Positions 1-13,147 of a stretch of 64,000 nucleotides of DNA are shown here, piece after piece. This stretch comes from Schmidtea polychroa (Eukaryota), in the NCBI GenBank assembly GCA_044892525.1, contig CM097886.1, positions 158,286,001 to 158,350,000 of the forward strand. Reading direction: 5' to 3'. The stretch's first letter is position 1, and every line of letters begins with the position of its first letter. Below the pieces are notes generated by a model, which made no database searches, was not told the origin of the DNA, and saw nothing but the letters and a program-made list of their open reading frames with translations. The position numbers and the translations under genes are program-made.

Positions 1-369
1 GATGGGTTTTATGTAATATGAAGAGTTTATATTAGTGAGAGGGTATTTTAGTATCAGTGATTTTTGTACAGGAAATTCGGGTCTTGTTAAAAATGCCTAA
101 AATAAATTTTCGCTAAAAAAGCCTGTGCTGCAATGGGTTATCATGATTATGTGATTATCACATTATAGTGAAGGGATATTTTAGGTCTCATGGATTTTTG
201 TATAGAGAATTCGACTCTCGTTTAAAAAAGCTTATATTAAATTCTGATTAAAAACCTTAAGTATTTTTTATGATCCCATGAATCTATAGTAATATATTTT
301 GAAGATTTAACATATTATGATAAATTAAGGTAATAATTTTAAATTAAATTAAATATGTAAATTAAAGTA

Positions 370-1720
370 CCGTATATAACATATAAGCCAATCCCCCAAA
401 TTTTGTTGAAAATAATGTTCTATAAAGATTACCCGCGTATAAGCCAACCTATTAAAAATGTAATTTTGGGTAATATTTAATTTCATATTATGCAATTCAC
501 TAAAAACCATAACAATTTAACATGACAAAAATTATTTTTCACAAGAGAATAGCAAATGGTTTTCTGTGAACGTAAAGAGAAAGTTTTTTAAATTTTTCAT
601 CAGTTTATTCGTAAAATTTCATCATAAATGCCCATTTCTAAGTCTTCTGTACATTGCTCTTCATCACCACCAAGTTCATTATCTGTATCTTCAGTGTCAT
701 CCAAAGCATTGTTAATACATAAATAATTTTTTGATCATTTCCGGTGGAATTGTACCCCACGCAATCTTTACCCATTGGACCACCAAATCTATGCTTGGCT
801 TCTTCAAATTCCCACCGTTTGTTCCCAAAAATCCCAAAAATCACCCATTCTGACCACATGTTTTTAACTTGTATTTAAAATATTTCTTCAGGGAAATGGC
901 CAAAGGCTGCATAAGTAAGGTTAATTCGCCAAGAATTGCTGCCAATGAATGGTTGATTTTCTTGGCCAATTTCTTCACATCATCTGTTTTGTATGCTCTA
1001 AACATATACCAATAAAGCATTGCAGGTTGTTTTAATTGTCTGTTTTGTCTATCATTCCAAATATTTTCTAACAAATCCATTGTTCTGTTTTCATTCATCC
1101 TGTCTTTTGTGTGTTCACGAATAAGAACACTAGTGGAAAATTACTTGCCCTTAGGCAGTGTCTTCCTTAGATCAATCTGCGACACAAGATAAAACAACTG
1201 TTAAATTGGATTTATCATGGCCAGTTGTTTTGACAAGAACTGATTTTGTTTTCGATGTTTCATTATAAATCTCTGAAACGACTGAAATCTTTCTTCCATA
1301 TATTTGGGAAGTTTCTGGGCAATCTTTGTTCGTTGCTGAAGAACAAAACCATGTCTATTAATGAATCTTGTATATAAACCTGCAAATGCTAGAAAGTTGT
1401 CTGATGCTTCTGTTTTGTACTTTACATCCTTTGACATTTTCAGGGCACACAGCCTAATAACATTTCTTGTCACAATATATCCTATTTGGCCGTATTCAGT
1501 AACAAATTTACTAAAATCTTTTTCAAGTTCGGAAAATTTGGTAGCACCAGTACGTCGAGCTTTTGCTCTATGTATTTCTTCTAAACCATTTTTCCTTTTC
1601 TTCTATTCTCTTTCCATCAACACCAAATTTACGAGCTGCTACATAATTGTTTCTAGCTATTGTAAATCCAACAACCTGAAGTTTAAAGGCAGCATCCTAT
1701 GATGACCACTTCTGTTTAAT
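370..1720 (-). mobile_element. Degenerate pogo/Tc2-type (DDE_1) DNA transposon
   Basis: Minus-strand fragments: CENP-B HTH-like (VTRNVIRLCALKM...FINRHGF), DDE_1 motifs (AYKTDDVK, LMQPLAISL for LQPLDVS, KKPSIDLVVQWVKIAW). TA|CCGTA Tc2-like terminus at 368-374 with repeated TATAAGCC. Many frameshifts. Confidence 0.85.
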
Positions 1721-1974
1721 GGCCCCAAAATACATTTTGTCAGATTAAATAAGATGTAGTCTGACTTTTAATCATTCTTCAAAAAATTTAACAAAATTGC
1801 TTAGTATTAAATGAGATAACATTAAATGGGATAATAATTGTCAACTCAGCCACTTTAAAATAATACATGAAATATATAAAATTCGAGTATAGAAACCAAT
1901 AAATTCTAATTTTTATTCACAAAATATCTGCTTAAGTTTCTTCTTTGAATTGATTACTAACAACAAATGGCATC

Positions 1975-2090
1975 TACCAAGTACTTACAAACAAATACTA
2001 ACAACCAGATGCCAACTACCAAGTACCAACCACCAGATGCCAACAAGCGTATACTTACAACCAAGTAGCAACAACTAGTTACTAACCACT
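1975..2090. repeat. Degenerate C/A-rich minisatellite (ccagatgccaac / taccaagtac units)
   Basis: Direct reading of recurring ccagatgccaac and accaagta motifs. Confidence 0.6.
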
Positions 2091-3429
2091 AAGAAATAAC
2101 ACATAAAAATAATATCAATTAAATAATATAAAGAAATAACACAAATTCAATAATAAATTTTATTAATAAAAATCTTCAATTTCTTGTAATTCAATTGATT
2201 CTTCGTCAAATTCTAATTCTTCGTCAATAACTAAACAATCAACCACCTACATGGATTTCGAGGTTGCATATGACATTTTCGAATTCTTTAATCATTTCAA
2301 GACATCATTACTTGTAAGATTTTTTAATAATTAGTAAAATTATACATTGTTGAATTAATGTAAAAATAACAAGTACAAGTAAAATATTTTAAATTATTCA
2401 AAACATAGTAAATAAATATCATAAAACTGTAATTGATGGATAAGAAAAGAACTCCAATAAATATTTATCTTATATACTGATCATTGGAGTTATTAATCAA
2501 TTTAAATATGAATCATCTTCAATCAAGTTAATAAGAATAAAATATGGTAAATAATTTATTTTGGTTGTATAAATTCAGTATAAATTCATTTATAATGGAC
2601 ATATCAAAGTGGTCATTACTAAATACTGATTATTTCTCCTAAGGTATTGTAATTTCCCATAAAACACTGATGTTTTACCAACAAGAACTCCTTAAATTTT
2701 ATGTTTGAAATTTAAGTTTTAAGGCTTAAAACATTATAATTATCCTTTTAAACATAGATATTCAACCAACTAAATCTTTCTTAAAAGAATATATATTTAC
2801 AACTTAATATCGTGCCGATCCCTCGCCAAATGATTATAATTCTACACTTTAACATCAAAATCCAACCGACTATATCCCTTAATTTCCCTAAATATTATTG
2901 AAATTTCACCAATCCATCTTTAATGTATCAATCCAGTCGATTAAATCCTCTTGAAACACATATAAAATGTAAAGATATTTTTCAAAAATTATGAATTTTC
3001 TTTAACTAACTGTTAACGACACCCAACATTCTAACACCATAGATACAATTAAAATATTTATCAAATAAATTGTAATCCTTTATTCTATATTTACTTTCCC
3101 TTTAATCAATTAGTGTTTTATATTTATTCTTTTGATTAAATCATATCAAAATAAAGATCAATTCAATTTATTTGTATTCTGCGTTCCTGATCTATTACAA
3201 AATATTCCACAATAAATCTCATTAAACACACTTATAAAAACCAATTATTTCAAACCCGAATTGCACCAATTTATTTTACTTATTGAAGGGAGCTTGAAAT
3301 TATTTTGATTAAAATTAATGTCAATGTGATATAATTCATATTATTTTCATACTAATGTTAATATCGTATTATTTAATTGTTAATATTAATAATTATTTAT
3401 TTCATAATTGCAATATAATAATAATATAA

Positions 3430-3520
3430 TTAATAACACAATATAATATAATATAATATAATATAATATAATATAATATAATATAATATAATATAATATA
3501 ATATAATAAAATATAATATA
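3430..3520. repeat. (ATAATATA)n AT-only tandem repeat
   Basis: Direct reading. Confidence 0.85.
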
Positions 3521-4468
3521 ATACAATAATAAATGTTTAGTAAAATGAAATGTTTTTTTTATATTTGTTCGTCGGTATATATTTTTAAAACATATTATAA
3601 TAATTCGGCTTATAAATAATTTCTTTATTCAATATTTCAATTGTTACAGTTTTCATTGAATTTTGTTATTGGTTTTATGTTTAGTTTGGTTTATAGCAAA
3701 ATTAAGCCCCATGTAAATTTAATAAAAGGAAATTATAAAACAATTTATACGTATTTTTATTATTAATCAAAAGTTACGATTTATTCGGTGGTTTCCACAA
3801 AGGAATGTATCATGTTATGATTTCTTTCATTGAACAAAAATACATTTACTTAATAATGAAAATGAATTTGCAAAAGCCTTGTGTATGCGTCTTATTCATT
3901 GTATTTAAATATTATTCTTTACCCTATATTGTTCTAGATTGTTAAACTGTCTATCCATTTCCCATTAATAGCAGTTATTAAATGTATAACCGTAACTATT
4001 TTCATTAATACGATATATTTATTTCTTCATTTGTTTAATAATGTTACAATGAGAATTTATTAGAATAAAAAAATAAATATTTTTTTAAAATATGCCAAAA
4101 CATATTAAATATACTTGTAAATACGTGCATGTAGAATCAGGCAAAACTAACTTGCTTTTAATTTTAAATTGAATTTTTGTTATTTCTTCTTTTTCTTACA
4201 ATGCACCAAATTAATGAGAACTTCAAACGCTGTTGAGTAGTAGTTCTAATGCATAAATTTCATTATAAATGTTTCATCTTATACAAAAATGGAAAAAATT
4301 AAGAGAAAATTTCCTTTAAATTTAATTTCATTATTATGTGAATTAGTATTTTGGTTCTTTTGCATTTAAATTTTCATTTTCTATTTTCTTTGATTTTATT
4401 AGAATAACACTGCCTTCGTGAAAACATGTAAATGAAATAACTGATTTATTATCGTTATTAAAATTATC

Positions 4469-4469
<1 letters not shown>

Positions 4470-4533
<64 letters not shown>
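4470..4533. repeat. (ATT)n microsatellite, insertion site of the gypsy element
   Basis: Direct reading; the ATT run continues after the second LTR at 7648. Confidence 0.95.
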
Positions 4534-4534
<1 letters not shown>

Positions 4535-4700
4535 GTTACAACAATTGGTTCCATCTAAAGATTTATTTACATTAACATAGAGTGATCACTCTTAAATAGT
4601 AATATATACTACGTAATAACTAACACATTGCATTGAATTACGCAATATAGTCTGAACTGCTTCACATTTGGTCTTTGGCCTCCAATGTAATATCATTACT
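4534..4700 (-). repeat. 3' LTR of gypsy element
   Basis: Preceded on the minus strand by the polypurine tract. Confidence 0.95.
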
Positions 4701-7480
4701 CTCCCCTTCATAAGATTGATGCCATCTCTTTAACCATTCGATTCGTCGGTGCCGCGTCGTATCTGGATATTGCAATTCAACTTGATGATCTGAAACAAAT
4801 CTAAGAATTTTATATGGACCATCATATTGAATATCATTTTTATTTCTTCTATGTGGTTCTCGTCTTACTAGTACCTCCTCCCCCATTTCAAAATGTCGTT
4901 TAATTCTTTTGCCCTTTTCGAATTTCCTCATCTTTTGTGCAGCTTGTTTTTGTTATTCGTTTGTGCTTCTTCCGAAATATCGTGTACTTGATGGTTGAGT
5001 CTAGAAAATATTATGTAACGTTATTTTCCGTCCATATACTATATTTCAAATGGTGAATATTTTGTAGAACTTTGATAAGTTGCATTTATACTGAATTCAT
5101 TTCGAGGCAGCAGTTCGTGCCACTATTTTTCAGCACAGCCCCCTTTTATCGTTGTCACAAGTAAATCTCTCATTGTTCTGATAGCTCTTTCCACTAAGCC
5201 ATTCGAGGCGAATTCTTGCTTTATTCCAAGTTGTTCTAATTTTTCCTTCAAATATTTGCTTTCAAAATTTCGTAATCTGCCTGTCAATATACTTTGAGGT
5301 TTACCATATTTGTAAATCCAATTATTCATTAGCGTCTTCAAAATAGATTTTTCATCTTGGTTTGCTGTAGCCGTTAGACTTACTAATTTGTTAAACCTAT
5401 CAATAATAACGATAACATACCTTTTGTCAGTTGAAGTTCTCTCCATGAAAGCAACATCCATCACAATCTGTTCTAGAAATTCAGAACTTTCGTGTGGAAT
5501 TAAAATTTTCTTTGTCTTCCCTTGGTCTATATTCTTTCTTGCACATGTGACACATCGTTTTACTATCTCTTTAACGGTTTCTTGCATTTTTGGCCAGAAA
5601 AGATTCCCTTCCAAATAATGAAACAGTTTCTTAATTCTAACGTCACATAAATCTTCATGTATTTTAATCACTAGTTTAGATTGATAGCGTTTTGGGATTA
5701 TCACTAGATCTATTTTGTCTGACTCCAATACAAGCATATCATCCGATATCTTTAACCGATCTTTATATCTGAATAAAAAACAATTTAGAAACGATTTCTT
5801 CCGAACATCTATTCGATTCCTAAGAATTTCCATTGCTTCCTGAAACAATTTATCTTTCTTCTGTTCTTCCATAATTTCTAACATTGTCTGTGTTTTTGTA
5901 TCAAATTGATATATCTTACTCTTGATCTTTCTTGTTTATGTTGTGCATGTGCTGTTTCACACTGTGTACATAAACTACCATCGATCCTTGATAATCCATC
6001 TGCGTTTCCATGTTCTTCAACTTTTCGGTATTTCAATTGGAAATCGTATTCCGATAGATCAGCCATCCATGTCTGAAATTGTGGACTTACTGCTTTTTTT
6101 TCGTGTTCATAAATACTAAAGCTTTGTGATCTGTTCGAGCTACGAATTCTTTCCCATATAAATACTGTCTAAAATATAAAACATATTCATGCAATGCCAA
6201 TAACTCTTTCCTGGTTACACAATATCCCTTTTTTATGGGCCGTCAGATTTTTGGAACCATATGCGATAACTATTTCTGAACCGTCTTCTTTTATTTGACT
6301 CAACACTGCTCCAATAGCTTCAAAACTGGCATCAGTATCCAAAATAAATATTCGATCTATACGAGGAAAATAAAGAATAGGAACTTGTGTTAAGGCTTCT
6401 TTAAGTTGTCTAAAACTGTTTTCACAATTTTCTGACCATTCGATTGTTTTATCACAACTTGACGCTGCTTTATGTGGGGGTGCTGCTATTTTAGCATAAT
6501 CTTTGACAAATTGTGTATAGTAATTTGCCAAACCCAGAAATGATCGAAGTTGTTTAGCACACTGTGGTTTCGTCGCTTCTGTAATTGACTTGATCTTCTC
6601 TGAATTTGTCTGTATTCCATCTTTTAATTTGGTTTTGTAAAATTGGCACTTCTCCGAATTTATTCTTAGTCCTGTTTTTTTTATTCTTATAAAAACTTCT
6701 CGCAATTGCTCATCATGTTCAGACTGGTCCTTGCCATATACCAGAATATCGTTTAAATAAACAATTGCTCCATTAAACAATATACCCTTTAACATCGTGT
6801 GCATTAATCGCTGAAACGTTACAGGAGCCATTAATAATCCAAACGGAAGTCGATTGAAACAAAATTGACCTTCTTTGGAACTAAAAGCCGTGTTTTCTTG
6901 TGCTTCTTCTGCTAATGCGACCTGATAGTATGCTTGTCCAAGATCTAAAGAAGAAAAAAGTTTAGATCCTGATAGGTTATCGAGCAATTGGGATATGTTG
7001 GGCATAGCGTCCAGTTATAATTTCATTGGCAATCTCCTCTACCCTCATTCCTGAATTAATAACTTCACTCAATAATTTCAATACCCTGATTTCGAAGGTG
7101 GCATATCTCTCTTTGTCCTCTTGTCTAATAGCAGCAAGTTCTTTAATCTTGTCTATAATAGTCAATTTAATTGTAAATGCTTCGGAAAACCATTCTTTAG
7201 CTGCTTTATCTGTTGTTTTTTCTGTTTTGAAATTTTTCTACTGCGTAGACGCTTAATTGCAAAGGAGAAAATCGAATGCTTCTGTCCTCTTCAAATCATT
7301 CCTAGCGATCCAATCATCAATTACCTGTATCCATTTTTCAGCTTCATTGGTACATCTACCGTCGTATCTTCTAATTTCCATATCCAAGAGTTCTTGCGCA
7401 CGTTTCGGTAGCGCGTCTCTTGCAGACTTTTTCCCTTCTCCTCGAGTCGTCATTGTGTAAACATTTTCGGTGTGGTCGCC

Positions 7481-7647
7481 AGTTACAACAATTGGTTCCA
7501 TCTAAAGATTTATTTACATTAACATAGAGTGATCACTGTTAAATAGTAATGTATATTACGCAATAACTAACACATTGTATTGAATTACGCAATATAGTCT
7601 GAACTGCTTCACATTTGGTCTTTGGCCTCCAATGTAATATCATTACT
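7481..7647 (-). repeat. 5' LTR of gypsy element
   Basis: Near-identical to 4534-4700; followed on the minus strand by the PBS. Confidence 0.95.
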
Positions 7648-8549
7648 ATTATTATTATTTACTAAATTAACCTAATTTTAATTAACTATTATTCAATTAA
7701 ATGTGTTAAATAAGTTAATAATTAATAAATAATTAAATTTATTATTAACATATTATTAAATACTTTATTATATTTATATTTGTTTTGAAAGAAAAAGGGT
7801 CATTATAAGAATGGAAATAATAATCTTAAGTTTGTTTTTTATTTAATAAATATATTGCAAAATAATAAAATAATTTGTATATAAAATCAAAAATAAGATT
7901 TTAAATCAAAGTATTAATTTCAGAACGCAATGCTGACTTATATTCTTGTTTTGACCTTAGTGTACCCTTTGAATACTTAATCTCTATACATTTTAATAGT
8001 CAAAATCTAGATGATTTGAACGGTTCATACAAATAACTGGCAAAATTAATAAATTAAGACAGAATAAATAACATTTTCGCATATTATTAAATGTCAGTGT
8101 GTGAATAACAGTATAAAACAACGCTGAAAAATGAAAATATTTCTTGAAATGTTAAAAATAGCAAATTTTGAAATAATGTACAAAAATAATTTTTCCCTAA
8201 CTATAGCTATAATTCTTAATCAGATTTCCTCCCCGATCAAAATTTCAAAATATCTAATGAGCGTTGATGATCGGATTTCATCGCCGACGGAGCAAGTGTA
8301 TAACTTATGATTGATGTGCTTTCGAAAAAATAAATAATAGAAATCAGTGAATTACTTAGATGACTTAGGCTTTGATTTATTTATAAAATTGTTTTATTAA
8401 AATCAAATTATTTCTACCAATACCAAAAAACTTTCATTTCATTAATTAGGGTGTGTTTTAAAGGAATAAAATTTATTATTTTGATTATGATTACTATTAT
8501 TTATTAATTTTTATTTAATTAATTAATTTTATTTATCTTTTTTATTTAG

Positions 8550-8729
8550 AAACTCGAAGGGAAGCTTGATAGTTTATATGTCAAGACCAATCAAATAAAA
8601 CAAGCTGCAACTCACATTGTTAATTCTGATGAAGCGTACAAAAGTCAAGGAGAAATGAATAAATATTCTATCCTTGAAGAGAAAATAGAAAGAATATTTT
8701 CTGCAATTTCAGAAAATAAAGTTCCTAAC
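8550..8729 (+). CDS. dmd: dystrophin rod exon (phase 0/0) [12 protein letters not shown]...ENKVPN
   Basis: tttag acceptor, 60 open codons, gtaaat donor; coiled-coil composition. The donor is uncertain because the frame stays open to 8837. Confidence 0.65.
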
Positions 8730-11700
8730 GTAAATTTGCAAAATTATTTATTTATACAATTAGATGCAGTAGAAAAGTATTTCATGAAAATTAATGCATT
8801 GAATGCAAGAAAGAACTTAGAATTTTACGGTCATTAGTTTTTTTTTAAACCAACTTGTTCTAATTATAAAAAGATATTTTTCATTCATTTTAGATTATCA
8901 AGTAAATATTATAAGTGGTGTAAAATCTAGAAGTTNNNNNNNNNNNNNNNNNNNNNNNNNNNNNNNNNNNNNNNNNNNNNNNNNNNNNNNNNNNNNNNNN
9001 NNNNNNNNNNNNNNNNNNNNNNNNNNNNNNNNNNNNNNNNNNNNNNNNNNNNNNNNNNNNNNNNNNNNNNNNNNNNNNNNNNNNNNNNNNNNNNNNNNNN
9101 NNNNNNNNNNNNNNNNNNNNNNNNNNNNNNNNNNNNNNNNNNNNNNNNNNNNNNNNNNNNNNNNNNNNNNNNNNNNNNNNNATAAAAATCATTGTCATTG
9201 TTGTCATTGTGTACAATTAGTCAATTAGCCAAAATTGAACAATGACATTAATTTTTACCAAAAAATAAACATTATTTCTACATAGATATTCTGTCAGTGT
9301 TATTAAACTGTCTTCACTAACAATGAGTTATAGTTTATATTAAAATAATGAAAGTAATTTTTTTATTTTCTAATATTTTAAGTGAAAACTAAAGTTTTGG
9401 AAAGATGGTCATATAATGATAATATAATGGTAATTTATTAAGTTTTATAAATCTTTTCAACTAAGATATTAAGTTTTCTAAATGCCGTACTATGCTTTTT
9501 GAAGATAGATTTATTAAAATTACTAACATGTCATGTACATAGTTTCCTCTCACTTACCTTACAATTGATTGTTCAACTCGACATTTGAAGCAATAATGAT
9601 TTAAATTAATGGTTTAAATGAACCACGTAAATTATAGATAAAACGTATTTTTGTATTAATTTGTTTATTTACTGATGCTTCGATAATTTAAACACATATT
9701 CGTCATTTTATAGGATTTTGGCAGGATAATTTTGATAAAGGACCTCACAGATTTGCATATTGTGCAATTTTCTGTTTATTTTCGAGTATTGATAAATGTA
9801 ATTTAACCGTTATCTGTGCAATTTCGCATTTGGAAAAATTTATTAGAATGGATGGAGTTTTAAATAAAATATAAATATTATTTGTATTCTTTCATAATTT
9901 TATGACAAAGTGAAAGCAAGTTAATGATTAACATATAACATATTATTAAATCAATTAATTTAATTTATAGAGTTCTATTAGAACATTTCACCCGTAGTTT
10001 AGGATTTTTGCATAAACGTTCATGAATAAGAGGTTAACAGCTGTTCATTTAGTTAATGTAAATTACACCATTGTACTAATATAGCCAGTCATAATAATTG
10101 TAGATTCATTTTGTATTAAATATATATTATGAGAACCTTTTTTACTTCCAATTTCATCATTGATTATTTTTTCCCTTGAATTTATTAAAAAGAGCCCGAA
10201 AACTATAAATCACGAATATATCGATGTTTATCGACACTCAAGAATTTTTGGCCNNNNNNNNNNNNNNNNNNNNNNNNNNNNNNNNNNNNNNNNNNNNNNN
10301 NNNNNNNNNNNNNNNNNNNNNNNNNNNNNNNNNNNNNNNNNNNNNNNNNNNNNNNNNNNNNNNNNNNNNNNNNNNNNNNNNNNNNNNNNNNNNNNNNNNN
10401 NNNNNNNNNNNNNNNNNNNNNATAATTACATTTTTTAGTCAGATAATATCACCTTCTTTTTAAGTTATTATTTGAATAAAATAATGCAATTTCAAAGGAA
10501 ACTAGAAAATAATTATAATTATATCCGAAAGCACCTCAGTTAACAACAAATTGCAGTTTTAGTTTTCATTGAAATTTCATATTACTACTGCAACAAATTG
10601 ATGCATCTCAGTTTCCATTTTTAAACTAATAATTATAACTATATAAGATAAAATAAAAATGTTTTTAAATTGTATTTTTAATGCATTGTTCCAAAATTAA
10701 TTTTGTCTAAATATTTATATGCCTCACAGGTACTTTCAATTTCATTATTATTATTTATTATTATTATTAATAATAAGTAATAATAATGAAATTGAAAATA
10801 AATTTGCAGCATATAATTATTTATTTGTTGTCAATTTAATTTAATGAGAATTTTCGATTGTTGTGATGTTGTAATCTTTCCAATTGAATATATTTTCATT
10901 TTGTCTTCTTTGATGATTGTTCTTTTAAAATATTAGTATTCAAACAATTTAAATTTAAATTATTTCCAGATATAATTTTTACAAGGTTTTCTCCATATTT
11001 ATATTTATTTTAATCAATCTTTCTGGTCAATTTTGTTAATTTCCAAGAAATTGATTAGACCTAGACGATTTGGTTCTAACTTCTTTAAAATTATTGAAAA
11101 CTTATAAAATTCAACCAATATCATCTCAACGTATATTGACAGTTTAGAAACATTTTAAAGCTAAAATCCGTTAAAAATTCACAGTTATTTAGTTAAATCT
11201 AACGTTCCTCAGAAGAAAGCTTTAGCTTTAACGAAAATGCAAGAAAAATGGATAATTATATATTACAATATGATATTACAGTGGCTTGATTAGCGCAATT
11301 TAATGTTAAAATTAATCGAACAATTTATAAAGACAATAGTATTTGATAATGACTTACATATATGATATACATGTATATATGTATGTCATGTAATTTANNN
11401 NNNNNNNNNNNNNNNNNNNNNNNNNNNNNNNNNNNNNNNNNNNNNNNNNNNNNNNNNNNNNNNNNNNNNNNNNNNNNNNNNNNNNNNNNNNNNNNNNNNN
11501 NNNNNNNNNNNNNNNNNNNNNNNNNNNNNNNNNNNNNNNNNNNNNNNNNNNNNNNNNNNNNNNNNNNNNNNNNNNNNNNNNNNNNNNNNNNNNNNNATTT
11601 AGGGTCATACGGCAATAGAGGATCAATGTACAAGTGACAGCAGAGAGGTCGAAGAAACAATCTTGTCTAATAGTGCTTCATCATTACAAAATGAAATCGA

Positions 11701-13068
11701 TAGTAATTTGTTAAAAAGTCGTGAAAATAGTTTTGGTGATTCTCTGTCCTCCCCATACAGTGTTGAAGACGTTTCGAATGCAGATAACGTCGTGTCAGAT
11801 TTAGCATATTCTGTGCAGGCAGCAAAGATTGAAAAAAATATTCTTCAACAAGTTTCAATGGAAATCAAAGACCACATTCATTCATTTATTCTCTTCTGTC
11901 AAAATAATTTGGGATCCGGAATCTCATTGACAGGATCAACATCAAAATCAATAACGACATTAAATGATTTAAAATTTAAAATAAACGTAAATTGAATTAT
12001 TTTTATTAAATAAGTAAATATTTATTCCAATATTTTTGGAATATTAAATAATATTCAATGTTTATTTTGAATTTATATAATTTATTAATGCATTCAAACA
12101 AATACGAAAATTATGAATTTTGTGAAACCAGTTGAAGCGCAATTTCAATTGCTTTTTACAACTGAATATTATAAATAATTAATAATTGTTCTCAGGAATA
12201 TTTTGTTCGTTGATAGCATTGATAACTTGCTAAAATATAAATGTCATGTTTATTCACCACGATCTATTAATATTTGATCTTGAAAAACATTTATTAGCAA
12301 CTTAATTAATTAGGATTTGATCTGTGAAAATGTCTAAAAGTCTTACAAAATATAGTAGTTTTGTAAGAAGACAACGATAAAAGTAATACGAATAGAGATA
12401 ACATTTCTATATACATATATAAATATACATAATTATTTATTTTAACAATCGCTAAATAATGGCATCGATTTAAATCTAACGAAAAACACCAAATCCAATA
12501 TATATATTTTACTACAATATATTTCGACAGAATCACTGTCATCTTCAGGTAGAATTGAAATCAAACTAAATCAATATAAATTGCTCTTTTTTAAACAAAC
12601 AAATTAACTAATTCATTAATTTTTTTTCAATTAATTTTGCTAAAATTCTGTTTTTTATATTCAAACTTTAAAAATTATAAAAGTTTTAAAATTTTTAAAA
12701 CTTTTAAAACTCACAAAAGTTGAAATCAAACAAGATTCTAATAAATTTCCCACAAAATTGTGTTTACTAATATTAATCAATTGCTTCAATCGATTGTGAC
12801 CAGGAACTTGAAAACGGAGATGACGGACAGTCGTTCCAACGTATGTGACATTGCACCCATAATTATTTATTAATAATATATGATTTTATATTTTATAACA
12901 GGAACTAGAAAAAATAAAGAAGAATAATTCATTTCTTTCTTATAAGTAGACAAATGCACGAAAGAGTATTTAATTGACTTTAATTGACTTTAAATCAAAA
13001 TATAAGTTTCACTGGAATTCCTTGATTATATTTTTTAATTCTTCAACTGACAAAATTTCCTTGAATGT

Positions 13069-13147
<79 letters not shown>

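Larger units (their letters stand above)
4534..7647 (-). mobile_element. Ty3/gypsy LTR retrotransposon, internally deleted and non-autonomous
   Basis: 167-bp LTRs at 4534-4700 and 7481-7647 (5 mismatches, AGT...ACT ends); PBS TGGCGACCAC; PPT GAAGGGGAG; ATTAT flanks. Gag fragment, RT (FSSLDLGQAYYQ, YLND), RNase H (DTDASF), integrase (HEDLCD, CVTC, IVMDV, GLVER), GPY motif. Confidence 0.97.

Noticed and set aside
1361-1702. 113-aa + strand ORF
   Set aside because: Antisense shadow of the pogo transposase.
2600-3060. Possible LINE APE-endonuclease relic (IIILHFNIK; HPTF..DTI)
   Set aside because: Motifs too degenerate to support by eye.
5388-7460. Several + strand ORFs over the gypsy element
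   Set aside because: Antisense shadows of pol and gag.
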